Below are positions 37,306 through 45,652 of a stretch of 52,744 bases of DNA, one piece after another (positions within the stretch are counted from its first letter, which is position 1; every line of letters starts with the position of its first letter). Position numbers and translations under genes: made by a program. Below the pieces are notes generated by a model, which was not told the origin of the DNA, made no database searches, and was given only the letters and a program-made list of their open reading frames with translations. Source of the DNA: a virus (lineage: Duplodnaviria; Caudoviricetes); the IMG/VR virus record IMGVR_UViG_3300037113_000050, positions 1 through 52,744 of that record. One strand, given 5' to 3'.

Positions 37306-39090
37306 ATGGCAGCTACTTTTTCAAAATACGGCTACGAATGGCCCGCCGGAACCGACCCCCTGGCCATCGAATTTCAGATGATCCGATTGCCGGATGGAAA
37401 AATCAAGACACCCCACTACCTCGCCGCGCACAAACTGCTCTGGCCGGAGGATGAACAGCACCGCTGGTTCGTGTTGGGACTGAAAACCATCGTCGAGAAC
37501 AAGGTTACTGTCCTGCTTGGCTGCGCCTCTTCAGGGAAAACCTACATCATGGCAATCCACGCCCTGATTGATTTCTTCTGCTTCCCAGAAACGTCACTCG
37601 CCCTCGTGTCGTCAACCGACATTCGTTCCCTTGAATTGAAGGTGTGGGGTCGGTTTAAAACCCTGTTCAACCGGGCGCGCCGGAATTATCCATGGCTGCC
37701 CGGCTACGCGCTGGATTCAAAAATGACCATCACGCCCGATGACATTGACGGGGATAACCAAGTCGCACGAGAGCTAAATCGCGGCGTGGTGTGTGTTCCC
37801 TGTGTCAGCGGTGGCCGCTTCATCGGCATGGGCAAGTTTCAAGGGGCCAAGCCTCCGCACTCACCCGGCAAGGCAGACGGCCTGCTCAAGCACTACGGCG
37901 ACGAGGCGGCGGTCATGCAATCCAGTTTCCTTGACGCCTACACCAATTGGACGGTGTCGCCGGGATTCAAGGGGGTCATGTGCGGAAACCCGACGGATAT
38001 TTCGGATCCGCTCTGTGTCGCGGCGGAGCCGGTCGGCGGCTGGGATGAGTTCATTGACACCGGCAAGACACAGGAATGGATTTCGCAATGGTACAAGGCG
38101 CATGTGGTCGCATTTGATGGCCGGGATACCCCGAACAATGATGATCCAAAAAAGATCTATCCCTACCTCGTGTCCGCTGACTGGGTGGAGTCCATGAAAC
38201 AGACACACGGCGAAGACTCGTGGCAGTTTTTCCAGCAGGCCATCGGCAAGCCATCGCGTGGCATGGTCAGCAACCGAGTCATCACCATCGGCCTGTGCGA
38301 GCGCAACCTGGCATTTGAAGACCCAATCTGGCGTGATTCCACCTTTACCGACATCTACGCCCTTGACCCGGCATACGCCGGCGGTGACCGTTGCGTCGGT
38401 GGTAAAATCCGCATCGGCACCTCGATTGACGGCAAGCAGATCGTTGAAGTCGGAATCCCCGAAACCCTCCCCATCCGGCTAAATGTCGGTCTGGAACCGG
38501 AAGAGCAAATCGCACGACTGGTCTTTGACCGGATGAAAGCCGATGGCATTCCTGCCGAGAATGGCTTCTACGATTCGTTTGGACGCGGCACCCTTGGCTT
38601 CGCCTTTGCCAAACTCTTCGGCGCGTCCTGCCCGGTGCCGGTGGACTCCGGCGCGCGCCCCACATCCCGGCCAGTCCGGTTTGATCTGTTCGTGGATGAT
38701 GGCCATGGCGGGAAACGTCTCAAGCGCTGCGATGAACACTACTCCAAGTTCGTTACTGAAATGTGGTTTTCCACCCGCGAAGCCATCGAGTCAGGCCAAA
38801 TCCGCAGCCTGCCTCGCACCGTCGCCAATGAAGGCCAGTTGCGAATGTTTGAAATCGTTTCCGGCAACCGCGTTGAGGTTGAAACCAAGGACGACATGAA
38901 GCAGCGCATCCGCAAGTCCCCCGACCTTTACGACTGGTTCGCCATCGCCATCGAAGGCGCACGCCAGCGCGGTTTCAAAATCCAACGCATCGGTGCCGCC
39001 ATCGAAGCCAAGCGCAAACCCGACTGGCTCGACGGCCACTTCAAAGAACTTGCCGAACTGGGCAAATCCAGACAGTTGCAGAACGGTTAG
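37306..39090 (+). CDS. terL: Terminase large subunit
   Basis: Walker A GCASSGKT, Walker B-like YGDEAA, CGNP, nuclease LDPAYAGGD and KSPDLYD. Confidence 0.88.
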   Translation: MAATFSKYGYEWPAGTDPLAIEFQMIRLPDGKIKTPHYLAAHKLLWPEDEQHRWFVLGLKTIVENKVTVLLGCASSGKTYIMAIHALIDFFCFPETSLALVSSTDIRSLELKVWGRFKTLFNRARRNYPWLPGYALDSKMTITPDDIDGDNQVARELNRGVVCVPCVSGGRFIGMGKFQGAKPPHSPGKADGLLKHYGDEAAVMQSSFLDAYTNWTVSPGFKGVMCGNPTDISDPLCVAAEPVGGWDEFIDTGKTQEWISQWYKAHVVAFDGRDTPNNDDPKKIYPYLVSADWVESMKQTHGEDSWQFFQQAIGKPSRGMVSNRVITIGLCERNLAFEDPIWRDSTFTDIYALDPAYAGGDRCVGGKIRIGTSIDGKQIVEVGIPETLPIRLNVGLEPEEQIARLVFDRMKADGIPAENGFYDSFGRGTLGFAFAKLFGASCPVPVDSGARPTSRPVRFDLFVDDGHGGKRLKRCDEHYSKFVTEMWFSTREAIESGQIRSLPRTVANEGQLRMFEIVSGNRVEVETKDDMKQRIRKSPDLYDWFAIAIEGARQRGFKIQRIGAAIEAKRKPDWLDGHFKELAELGKSRQLQNG

Positions 39091-39305
39091 GAATTGAGTT
39101 TTTCACAATCAGATCGAACCCGATTTGTTGAATCCTCAATGAAATCCAGAACCTCACACTGACAACCGTCTGGTTCATTACCGATTTGTCCATAGTGAAT
39201 TCCACCGGAATCTGCAAAGATGCAGAATTTAAAATCACCAATTCCAAGCAAAAACATCTGCTCGTAACCAGCCGGAATTTTAAAATTTGGTGTGATGGTG
39301 GTCAT
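39087..39305 (-). CDS. Hypothetical protein
   Basis: ATGA-coupled to the upstream gene. Confidence 0.45.
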   Translation of the reverse strand: MTTITPNFKIPAGYEQMFLLGIGDFKFCIFADSGGIHYGQIGNEPDGCQCEVLDFIEDSTNRVRSDCEKLNS

Positions 39306-39871
39306 CGCAAACCCTCCGGCAGTGAGGCGGTCACAATCTCGGAGAGTTTTTTTTCGCTGGCCCCATTTTCCAATGCCTTCACATATCGAATCTCGCCCGG
39401 AGTTGCACCCTTGCGTTTCTGATTTTTTTTCTTCACCCCATCCTGACCACCCATCTTCTTTTCCCGATAACGCCTCGACCGCTCCGCACTGGTATGGTCT
39501 TTTTCCCGGTAATGGGCGTAATTCAAAGCGATGAATCCACCAGTTATCCGAACCAACCGTCGGCCATCCCATGCCGGAGTCCTGCTTAAAAGTTCTGGAT
39601 TCCCCAGCCGTTCCAATGCCGAAAGTCCAGTCTCCTCATCCATCAATGCCCGCCTCACAATCCCAACCCCGGCAGCAGCAACAAAGCCATACCACCCAGC
39701 AGGCACAACAAACCCTGTTTCCTCCAGAGTTCTTACCTTAATCTGCGCCATCGGTTCCTTCAATTCATATGGTATCGCCATCAGCAAAGCCGCAAAGAAG
39801 ATTCTCGTCGCATCCACATCCGCCCACAATGTTGAGTCCAATGTCCCACAATCCAGTTTTACAAATGCCAT
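39302..39871 (-). CDS. Replication-initiator-like N-terminal domain protein
   Basis: FVKLD..LDSTLW and NYAHYREK...AERSRRYREK motifs typical of phage initiators. Confidence 0.55.
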   Translation of the reverse strand: MAFVKLDCGTLDSTLWADVDATRIFFAALLMAIPYELKEPMAQIKVRTLEETGFVVPAGWYGFVAAAGVGIVRRALMDEETGLSALERLGNPELLSRTPAWDGRRLVRITGGFIALNYAHYREKDHTSAERSRRYREKKMGGQDGVKKKNQKRKGATPGEIRYVKALENGASEKKLSEIVTASLPEGLR

Positions 39872-40241
39872 ATTCCAAAGGGTAATTCTTTATATTGCAC
39901 CGTGTCAAGCGTAGCGTCACGCGTGATATGCCGTAGCGTCACACAAGCAGAAGCAGAAGCAGAAGGGGGTATGGGGGAATGAACATCTCCCAAAATAGCA
40001 GTTCGTGTGGAAAGGGGGAGTCCCGTTATCCGTGGCCGTCGCCGGATTTGGGGTTCCGGGGGCAGGGTGTGGGGACGGTCGGCCCGCAAAAAGGATGCTT
40101 ACCCTCGAATAAAATCGCAGCGCGCGGCAGAATCATCTGTGTGCAGGTAAGGCAATTAAGGATACACAGTATCAATTATCTTTAATCCACTTCATCACGA
40201 AACCATTGGTATCATTGATTATCTTTAAAGCGACACAATGT

Positions 40242-40643
40242 TTAAGGATTATTTTGGCTTGAAACACTACCTGTTGGGGTGTTGATCGGCATTGCAATCG
40301 GCGCTTCTGCACGCTTGGATCGCCCAGGATGAGAGACACCTGCGGTTGGAGATACCAACTTCCAAAGGTCAGAGATGCAGCTGGCAATCTTGCGGCGCTC
40401 GCTTGAATCTCGCTCTTTTTCCATATCTTCCAGCAGTCTATCAATCTGTTTTTTCGTTCTGTTCACGCGCTTATCTTCTGCATCGGGTATCATTGCGAGA
40501 GCGATTGCGCGAGCTTCTACGTCCCTCTGTCTTTCTTCCGCCTTTTCGGCTGCTATTCGGGCATTTCTTGATTCAGTTGCGCGGCGCTGGTATTCTCTGG
40601 CGGTCTCTGGCGTGAAAGCTGGCGCGAGGTTTGCGAGATTCAT
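40242..40643 (-). CDS. Hypothetical helical protein, possible terminase small subunit
   Basis: FTPETAREY N-terminal motif, size and proximity to terL; inference only. Confidence 0.4.
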   Translation of the reverse strand: MNLANLAPAFTPETAREYQRRATESRNARIAAEKAEERQRDVEARAIALAMIPDAEDKRVNRTKKQIDRLLEDMEKERDSSERRKIASCISDLWKLVSPTAGVSHPGRSKRAEAPIAMPINTPTGSVSSQNNP

Positions 40644-40850
40644 AATCGGACTGTGCTCCGGGTAGTTTTCGATGTCAACTCCGATGTTTTTCTGTCCCAT
40701 TTCTGGAAAGTGTCCCAAGACACATAAAGTCCTTTATTTGCAAGGGATTTGTGAGATTCTTCTGTTTTGACTGTCCTATTTTCTTCTGTTAAATCTGGCG
40801 TGGAATTGAGGATTAGGCGTAATCATTGGCTTTTTTGAGTTTTTCAAAGT

Positions 40851-40866
40851 TGGCACGATTCAGGCT
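40851..40866 (+). promoter_or_regulatory. Sigma54-like -24/-12 element
   Basis: TGGCACG-N4-AGGCT with correct GG/GC spacing, upstream of the small-gene cluster. Confidence 0.35.
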
Positions 40867-40917
40867 ATATGATACCTGTCCACCGGAATTATCCGGGGAC
40901 AAAACAAAATAAAAATT

Positions 40918-41109
40918 ATGAAAGCCAAAATCACACTTCAAGAGGCGGTGAACTGGGAATATATCCATGCGCACCACAAACTCGGAGATGGCAAGGTGAA
41001 GCCCGGCCCGTGGTGCAAGCGCATCATTGAGCACGCCCGCAAAAATGGATACACCGGGCAAATCACCGAGCGCGGCGCCTGCCGAATCATCAACCGGAAT
41101 CTCTACTGA
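40918..41109 (+). CDS. Hypothetical early protein
   Basis: A-rich leader, first gene of the cluster. Confidence 0.6.
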   Translation: MKAKITLQEAVNWEYIHAHHKLGDGKVKPGPWCKRIIEHARKNGYTGQITERGACRIINRNLY

Positions 41110-41291
41110 TGAAAAATCCAGCAGCAGTAGCGCTCGGGCGCCTAGGGGGAAAAGTAACTTCTAAGGCAAAGACTCGTGCGGTCCGCGCCAACGCAAAACT
41201 TGGCGGCTGGCCGAAAGGGAAGCGGATACCTACCCAAGCGCGCGGAAAAAATCGCCCACAAACACTGCGCAGCTTTCGACGGGTATGGTAG
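41109..41291 (+). CDS. Small basic protein with KNPAAVALGRLGG motif
   Basis: Motif common in small phage proteins. Confidence 0.6.
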   Translation: MKNPAAVALGRLGGKVTSKAKTRAVRANAKLGGWPKGKRIPTQARGKNRPQTLRSFRRVW

Positions 41292-41403
41292 TTGATCGCG
41301 CGTGGCTTATCGGTCACAGATGTTGCCGGTTTTGAAAAAATATGCGGAAAACATGGCGGTCCAACCTTTTTGAAAAACGGTTTAAAATTCAACTGAAAAT
41401 ATT

Positions 41404-41586
41404 ATGAAAACGCGCACATTGAAAATTGAGGAGTCCGGCGATTATGCCGCTAAGAAAATCACGCCGACCGTGAGGCTTAAAGGGAAATGGCTACAAGCAG
41501 CAGGGTTTCCGCCGGGCAAACACCTTGAATTGACGGTGATCGCGCCGGGCGTGATCGAACTACGCGTGATTGGGGGTGTGGCGTGA
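41404..41586 (+). CDS. symE: SymE-family (AbrB-fold) protein
   Basis: PTVRLKGKWLQAAGFPPG signature. Confidence 0.78.
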   Translation: MKTRTLKIEESGDYAAKKITPTVRLKGKWLQAAGFPPGKHLELTVIAPGVIELRVIGGVA

Positions 41587-41909
41587 AACACATTGCACCA
41601 CAATTTGAACTGCCCGGCGGCGCGGAAGCCTTTAATCTGTCCGGTGAAGTCTTGCGCGCAGCGGACCCAATCGCGCAGGCAAAAACATGGGACGACGTGG
41701 AAAACGCGCGTGACCTATTCACCGGGCCGCAGTCTGAAATTAGCAAGGCGTTCCCACCCAATTTCCGCTGCTATCGCGCGCAGCCGCTTTTTCTTGGTGA
41801 TAATCCCGGCTGGCTGGTAAAGCCGAAGTGCGGGTTTGACAAACGAACATGGACTTTCCACACGCAGTCGGACGCGCAGGACTGGATCAACTATTTAGAG
41901 AGAATTTAA
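41583..41909 (+). CDS. Hypothetical protein
   Basis: GTGA overlap with the upstream gene. Confidence 0.55.
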   Translation: MKHIAPQFELPGGAEAFNLSGEVLRAADPIAQAKTWDDVENARDLFTGPQSEISKAFPPNFRCYRAQPLFLGDNPGWLVKPKCGFDKRTWTFHTQSDAQDWINYLERI

Positions 41910-41923
41910 ACGCGCAAACGCGC

Positions 41924-42162
41924 ACAACCAAAAACACGAAAGAATAAAATTATGAAAACATACAAAGTCATCACAGCACGTGGGTCGGAAATTATCGAAG
42001 CTGAATCGCCGGAACTGGCCGCAAAAAGCCGTAAGGATTGGGATAAAGAGGTCATCCGAATAAAGACGGTGGAAAAAGATGAGACCTCCGATGACGATGA
42101 ATAAGGCTGCAGGTAATCTGGTTTACCCCCCCCCCAACTCAACAACCAAAAACACGAAAGAA
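41924..42162 (+). repeat. 21 bp direct repeat acaaccaaaaacacgaaagaa (41924-41944, 42142-42162)
   Basis: Identical copies, each 7 nt before an ATG. Confidence 0.85.
41952..42104 (+). CDS. 50 aa hypothetical protein
   Basis: MKTYKVITARGSE..., preceded by the repeated leader. Confidence 0.55.
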   Translation: MKTYKVITARGSEIIEAESPELAAKSRKDWDKEVIRIKTVEKDETSDDDE

Positions 42163-42169
42163 CAAAAAT

Positions 42170-42451
42170 ATGAGCACTGAATTAACCATGGAATCCGCGG
42201 CTAAAATCATGGACCTCAAAATCCGCCCCGGCGAGCCGGATGACCTGACCATCGCGCAGCTTATCCGCCAGCGGGCTGACCTGCTTGCCGCGCTGGTGGA
42301 TTGCCGGGACTGTTTAATAGCCACCCGCGATTCTGGACGATCTGACGCGCTGACTGATTGGCAAAAGCGGGCGATCGGAGCGGGTTACGAAGCTATGCAA
42401 TCCTCCGGATACCCCAATGCTCAAGACACTTCCACGAAAGGGGGGATTTAA
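42170..42451 (+). CDS. Hypothetical protein
   Basis: Preceded by the repeated leader. Confidence 0.6.
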   Translation: MSTELTMESAAKIMDLKIRPGEPDDLTIAQLIRQRADLLAALVDCRDCLIATRDSGRSDALTDWQKRAIGAGYEAMQSSGYPNAQDTSTKGGI

Positions 42452-42454
42452 TTT

Positions 42455-42904
42455 ATGAACTCAATGACTGAAATCTTCGGCGAACCGATTTGCGGATATT
42501 CACGCGCGCAGGCAATCGAGGACGGCGAACTTGTGGACGTGAGCCAGTTGGTCACGCCCTGCCCGTTCAAATACCCGGTTGCAATGTCGCGAGCGGCGTA
42601 TCACGCGACAATTACCGCCGGAGGTGGGTGGGTAAACGATGCTGAAAAGCCATTCGAAGAGGGCAGCTCCGGCGCGACATTCACATTGCCCGGCGGGCAG
42701 GACGTGGCAGGCCGCGCTTGGGACGTGTTCCAAATGATGCTTGCGGCCATACGCGCGGGTAGGACGACCGACAAAATATGGTTTTCCGTACTTGTTGACG
42801 TTAAGGGCAACGGACGGAAAGAAAAAGTTGATCTTTACAGCGTTTGCGGTCCGGGCGACGATGCTGCGCCAGTTCTGACCATCATGCTGCGCGGAGAAGA
42901 CTGA
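42455..42904 (+). CDS. DUF6573-like protein
   Basis: YSRAQAIEDGELVDV and GPGDDAAPVLTIML motifs. Confidence 0.65.
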   Translation: MNSMTEIFGEPICGYSRAQAIEDGELVDVSQLVTPCPFKYPVAMSRAAYHATITAGGGWVNDAEKPFEEGSSGATFTLPGGQDVAGRAWDVFQMMLAAIRAGRTTDKIWFSVLVDVKGNGRKEKVDLYSVCGPGDDAAPVLTIMLRGED

Positions 42905-42989
42905 TAAAATCGGCGCGGGAGTGACTAACGCGCCGACAAAACCACATGAAAAAAACAGCTACAAACGCACAGAAACCGAAAGAATTAAA

Positions 42990-43247
42990 ATGAAAATCAC
43001 CAATGAAAACGCGCTGCGGATTGCGGCTGCAATGGCCCAGCTCGATCTACGCATCGGCTCGCACTTCTGCGCGCTGACAAACCCAACCGACAAGGATTTT
43101 TCGGACATGCGGAAACTGGCCATTAATTTCGATCTGCCGGAGCTGGCCGCGCAATTCCAGCCGCAACTGGCCGAGGTCAAACCGCTGGAGGTTGGGATGG
43201 CCGACCCGGAAACACCGTTTGTCGTGGAAATTGGAGGCTCAAAATGA
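42990..43247 (+). CDS. Hypothetical protein
   Basis: Leader resembles the 21 bp repeat. Confidence 0.55.
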   Translation: MKITNENALRIAAAMAQLDLRIGSHFCALTNPTDKDFSDMRKLAINFDLPELAAQFQPQLAEVKPLEVGMADPETPFVVEIGGSK

Positions 43248-43480
43248 AACGAATCCACTGTGAAGAATTTCAGAACGACGTGGGCGAAACCATTGAAGGG
43301 AAAGTCTTTATTGCAGAATCCCTTGGAACCGATACCGACGAGGCTTTTGTCCGTGGGCGCGACTACGCCATTAAGCGCCGGCCGGCATCGGCCATTAAAA
43401 CCGCCTGCAAGAACAAACCAGCAGCCATCGCCGCCGCCATGTTGGACGGTTGGAAATGGCAGAAAAGGAGGATGAAATGA
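43244..43480 (+). CDS. Hypothetical protein
   Basis: ATGA overlaps on both sides. Confidence 0.55.
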   Translation: MKRIHCEEFQNDVGETIEGKVFIAESLGTDTDEAFVRGRDYAIKRRPASAIKTACKNKPAAIAAAMLDGWKWQKRRMK

Positions 43481-43821
43481 ACTTACTTGAATCCTACGGC
43501 CTAACCCCCGCGCGTGGTTCCATCGGTAAAATTGGGTTTTTTACCAGCACACACAGCGATGTCAGAATCTCCGCACAGCTCACCGACGGCCATATTTTTC
43601 TGGTTCGGCTCGACGCGGTGACCCCTGGCCATGGCGCCGGCGGTGCGGCACTGGAGCGGTTGAAACGATTTGCACATGATTCTGACCGGATCATCCGTTT
43701 AATCGCGGCGGCGGACACGCTGGATTTGCAGCCCCACCTGAACAAATTCTACGCGACTCGGGGGTTTATCCAGCAAGACGACGACCAGACACCAGAATTT
43801 GTTTGGACGCCGACGATTTAA
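43477..43821 (+). CDS. GNAT-like acetyltransferase
   Basis: PGHGAGGAAL and LNKFYATRGF motifs. Confidence 0.65.
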   Translation: MNLLESYGLTPARGSIGKIGFFTSTHSDVRISAQLTDGHIFLVRLDAVTPGHGAGGAALERLKRFAHDSDRIIRLIAAADTLDLQPHLNKFYATRGFIQQDDDQTPEFVWTPTI

Positions 43822-43831
43822 ACACCCCGCC

Positions 43832-43863
43832 ACGCGTCCTGGGATGGACTAGGACGCGTTTTT
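43832..43863 (+). terminator. Intrinsic terminator
   Basis: acgcgtcct/aggacgcgt stem followed by a T run. Confidence 0.65.
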
Positions 43864-43929
43864 AGCGTCCGGGTGGCACATTGTAGCTTTCAACGCTCTG
43901 CGCTCCATCGTTTTTGGAAAATAGGTCGT

Positions 43930-44862
43930 TCATTTTACGTTCGAGGCGGCGCTGTCGGCGTCTTGCCTCAAGTCTGCGTTAGGGGTCCTTGCCATCATCC
44001 CAATCAGAGCGGCGGCGACTTGCGGCACGATGGCGTTGCCGAGTCCTTTAAGTCTGTCCACCCGGTTGGGTAGCCCATTAACCACTCGACAAATTGCGGG
44101 TTCAGGCTCCCACCGATTTCCGCATTGAGCGGTTTCGTGTTCCTCACCATTTGCGACGGGGCGCCGTTGTTCTTCGCGTCCTGCGCCGTTGGCGTCGGCC
44201 ACATTTTCACGGCGAGAGTCAGCGGCGGCGTTGAGACTTTCCCCGCGTCCCGGCGCCGCGTCCACGATTCTTCCGTTTCGTCCGTCGTCTTGCCCGCTCG
44301 CGGCGTGGGCCACAATCCATACTCGGTTTCTTCGGTGTCTGGCATCTGTGGCGCAAGCTGGAATAGCAACCGGCCACGCGGAGTAGCCGAGACTTTCCAA
44401 GTCAGCAAGCACACGGTCGAGTTCCATTGTGATGATTCCAGGCACATTTTCACCAAGCACCCAGCGGGGTTTGGCCTCATCAATAACGCGGAGCATTTCA
44501 GGCCAGAGCGCACGGTCATCTTCCGCGCCTCTGCGCTTCCCGGCGAGACTGAATGGCTGGCAAGGAAATCCGCCTGTGAGTAGCCAAGTTCCATTGAAGG
44601 GTTTTCCGTCAAATTTGCAGATATCATCATAGATTGGAATGTCCGCGAAGTTTTTCCGCAGGACTTTTTGAGCGTAGGCGTCTTTCTCCACGAAGGCCAC
44701 GGTTTGCACTTCATTCATTCGCGCAGCCAGGGCGAAGCCGCCGATGCCACTGAAAAGGTCTAGGTGGGTTCGACGGACACCTAACAAGCGCACGGAGCCA
44801 ACGCCTATTGGCGTCGTCAGTCCGCTATCGCGGGCGGGAGTCGTTGGTGCGGCGTGGCTCAT
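43930..44862 (-). CDS. C5-cytosine DNA methyltransferase, alpha polypeptide (motifs I-VIII and X)
   Basis: LDLFSGIGG, GGFPCQPFS, ENV, HRRNRVWIV and LGNAIVPQ; start ATG lies in an attC arm. Confidence 0.9.
   Translation of the reverse strand: MSHAAPTTPARDSGLTTPIGVGSVRLLGVRRTHLDLFSGIGGFALAARMNEVQTVAFVEKDAYAQKVLRKNFADIPIYDDICKFDGKPFNGTWLLTGGFPCQPFSLAGKRRGAEDDRALWPEMLRVIDEAKPRWVLGENVPGIITMELDRVLADLESLGYSAWPVAIPACATDARHRRNRVWIVAHAASGQDDGRNGRIVDAAPGRGESLNAAADSRRENVADANGAGREEQRRPVANGEEHETAQCGNRWEPEPAICRVVNGLPNRVDRLKGLGNAIVPQVAAALIGMMARTPNADLRQDADSAASNVK
43950..43984 (+). repeat. Half attC-like site at the 3' end of the MTase
   Basis: cttgcctcaagtctgcGTTAGGG; partner arm not found. Confidence 0.55.
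44004..44714 (-). CDS. Overlapping-frame MTase beta polypeptide (TRD/motif IX-like); start uncertain
   Basis: WPTP repeats and LNPQFVEWLMGYPTGWT, entirely inside the alpha gene. Confidence 0.75.
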   Translation of the reverse strand: MKCKPWPSWRKTPTLKKSCGKTSRTFQSMMISANLTENPSMELGYSQADFLASHSVSPGSAEARKMTVRSGLKCSALLMRPNPAGCLVKMCLESSQWNSTVCLLTWKVSATPRGRLLFQLAPQMPDTEETEYGLWPTPRAGKTTDETEESWTRRRDAGKVSTPPLTLAVKMWPTPTAQDAKNNGAPSQMVRNTKPLNAEIGGSLNPQFVEWLMGYPTGWTDLKDSATPSCRKSPPL

Positions 44863-44877
44863 GCGCGGTCGTTCGGC
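44779..44877 (+). repeat. Complete attC-like site in the replication operon
   Basis: ACCTAAC...ggagccaacgcc / ggcgtggctc...GTTCGGC; shares aacgaccgcgcatgagccacg (minus strand) with site 7. Confidence 0.88.
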
Positions 44878-44959
44878 AGCTCTTGCCGGTATCGGCAGAC
44901 ACAGTGAGAGTTGCACGCTATGAAACTCATCGCTGATTCTTCATCCTTGACGCGATAAA

Positions 44960-45652
44960 TCATCGCATTGCCTCTGATAACATTTCTGCCGATGTCATTT
45001 TGGACATTGGCTTGTGTTGTTCTGGTTGGTTATTCCGTTGCTGCTGTTGCTTAGGTGCTCCATCCGCTCTCCACCATGCCTGACAGCGTCGTGCATATGC
45101 CTGCCAATTCGTCTTGCCTTTCCAGTTGTCTGCTTCTGCTGCCAGGAATTTGTCCTTTGCGTAGAATTCTGCCATCAAGCTACACTGCGGACTTTGGCAA
45201 TATTTCCACCATTCTTCCCATGTTGGATGCTCCGCGAATTGCGGTGGAGCGCTCTCTCTCTCTTCTGGAGATGGAGATGGAGATGGAGTGTTGCCATTTG
45301 GTTGCAAGCATGGCTGGTTGCCGTTTGGTTGCAAGGGTGGTTGAAGGGTGGTTGAACCACGCTTGGCAGCGGAATGCAATCCGCCGATGCGCGATTTATC
45401 GCGCCAGACCGCTTGTTTATTGCGTTCCTCTTCCATCCTGCCATTTTTCCCATCGGTGAATTTTGAAAGAACACTTTCCGAAACCGTTACACCCGCAATG
45501 CGTTTGAGCGCGCAGGAATCCGACGGGATGAAACCGTTTCCCCATGCAAAACAAAGCAGTCTAATGTATGCCCCCACTTCGACGGCGGTCATGCCTACCG
45601 TTCCGCCAATGAAGTCGTCTGGATAGAATTGGAAAGCGGGTGATGATTTCAT
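44960..45652 (-). CDS. DUF1376/YdaU-type replication initiator
   Basis: PAFQFYPDDF...EVGAYIRLLC motif; PSPSPSP linker. Confidence 0.8.
   Translation of the reverse strand: MKSSPAFQFYPDDFIGGTVGMTAVEVGAYIRLLCFAWGNGFIPSDSCALKRIAGVTVSESVLSKFTDGKNGRMEEERNKQAVWRDKSRIGGLHSAAKRGSTTLQPPLQPNGNQPCLQPNGNTPSPSPSPEERESAPPQFAEHPTWEEWWKYCQSPQCSLMAEFYAKDKFLAAEADNWKGKTNWQAYARRCQAWWRADGAPKQQQQRNNQPEQHKPMSKMTSAEMLSEAMR
45290..45358. repeat. Iteron-like repeats within the initiator gene (candidate origin)
   Basis: gttgccRtttggttgcaag x2 and aagggtggttgaa x2, as in lambdoid initiator genes. Confidence 0.45.

Noticed and set aside
42126-42135. C10 homopolymer as a phase-variation switch
   Set aside because: Intergenic, with no evident promoter spacing role; cannot be supported without reads
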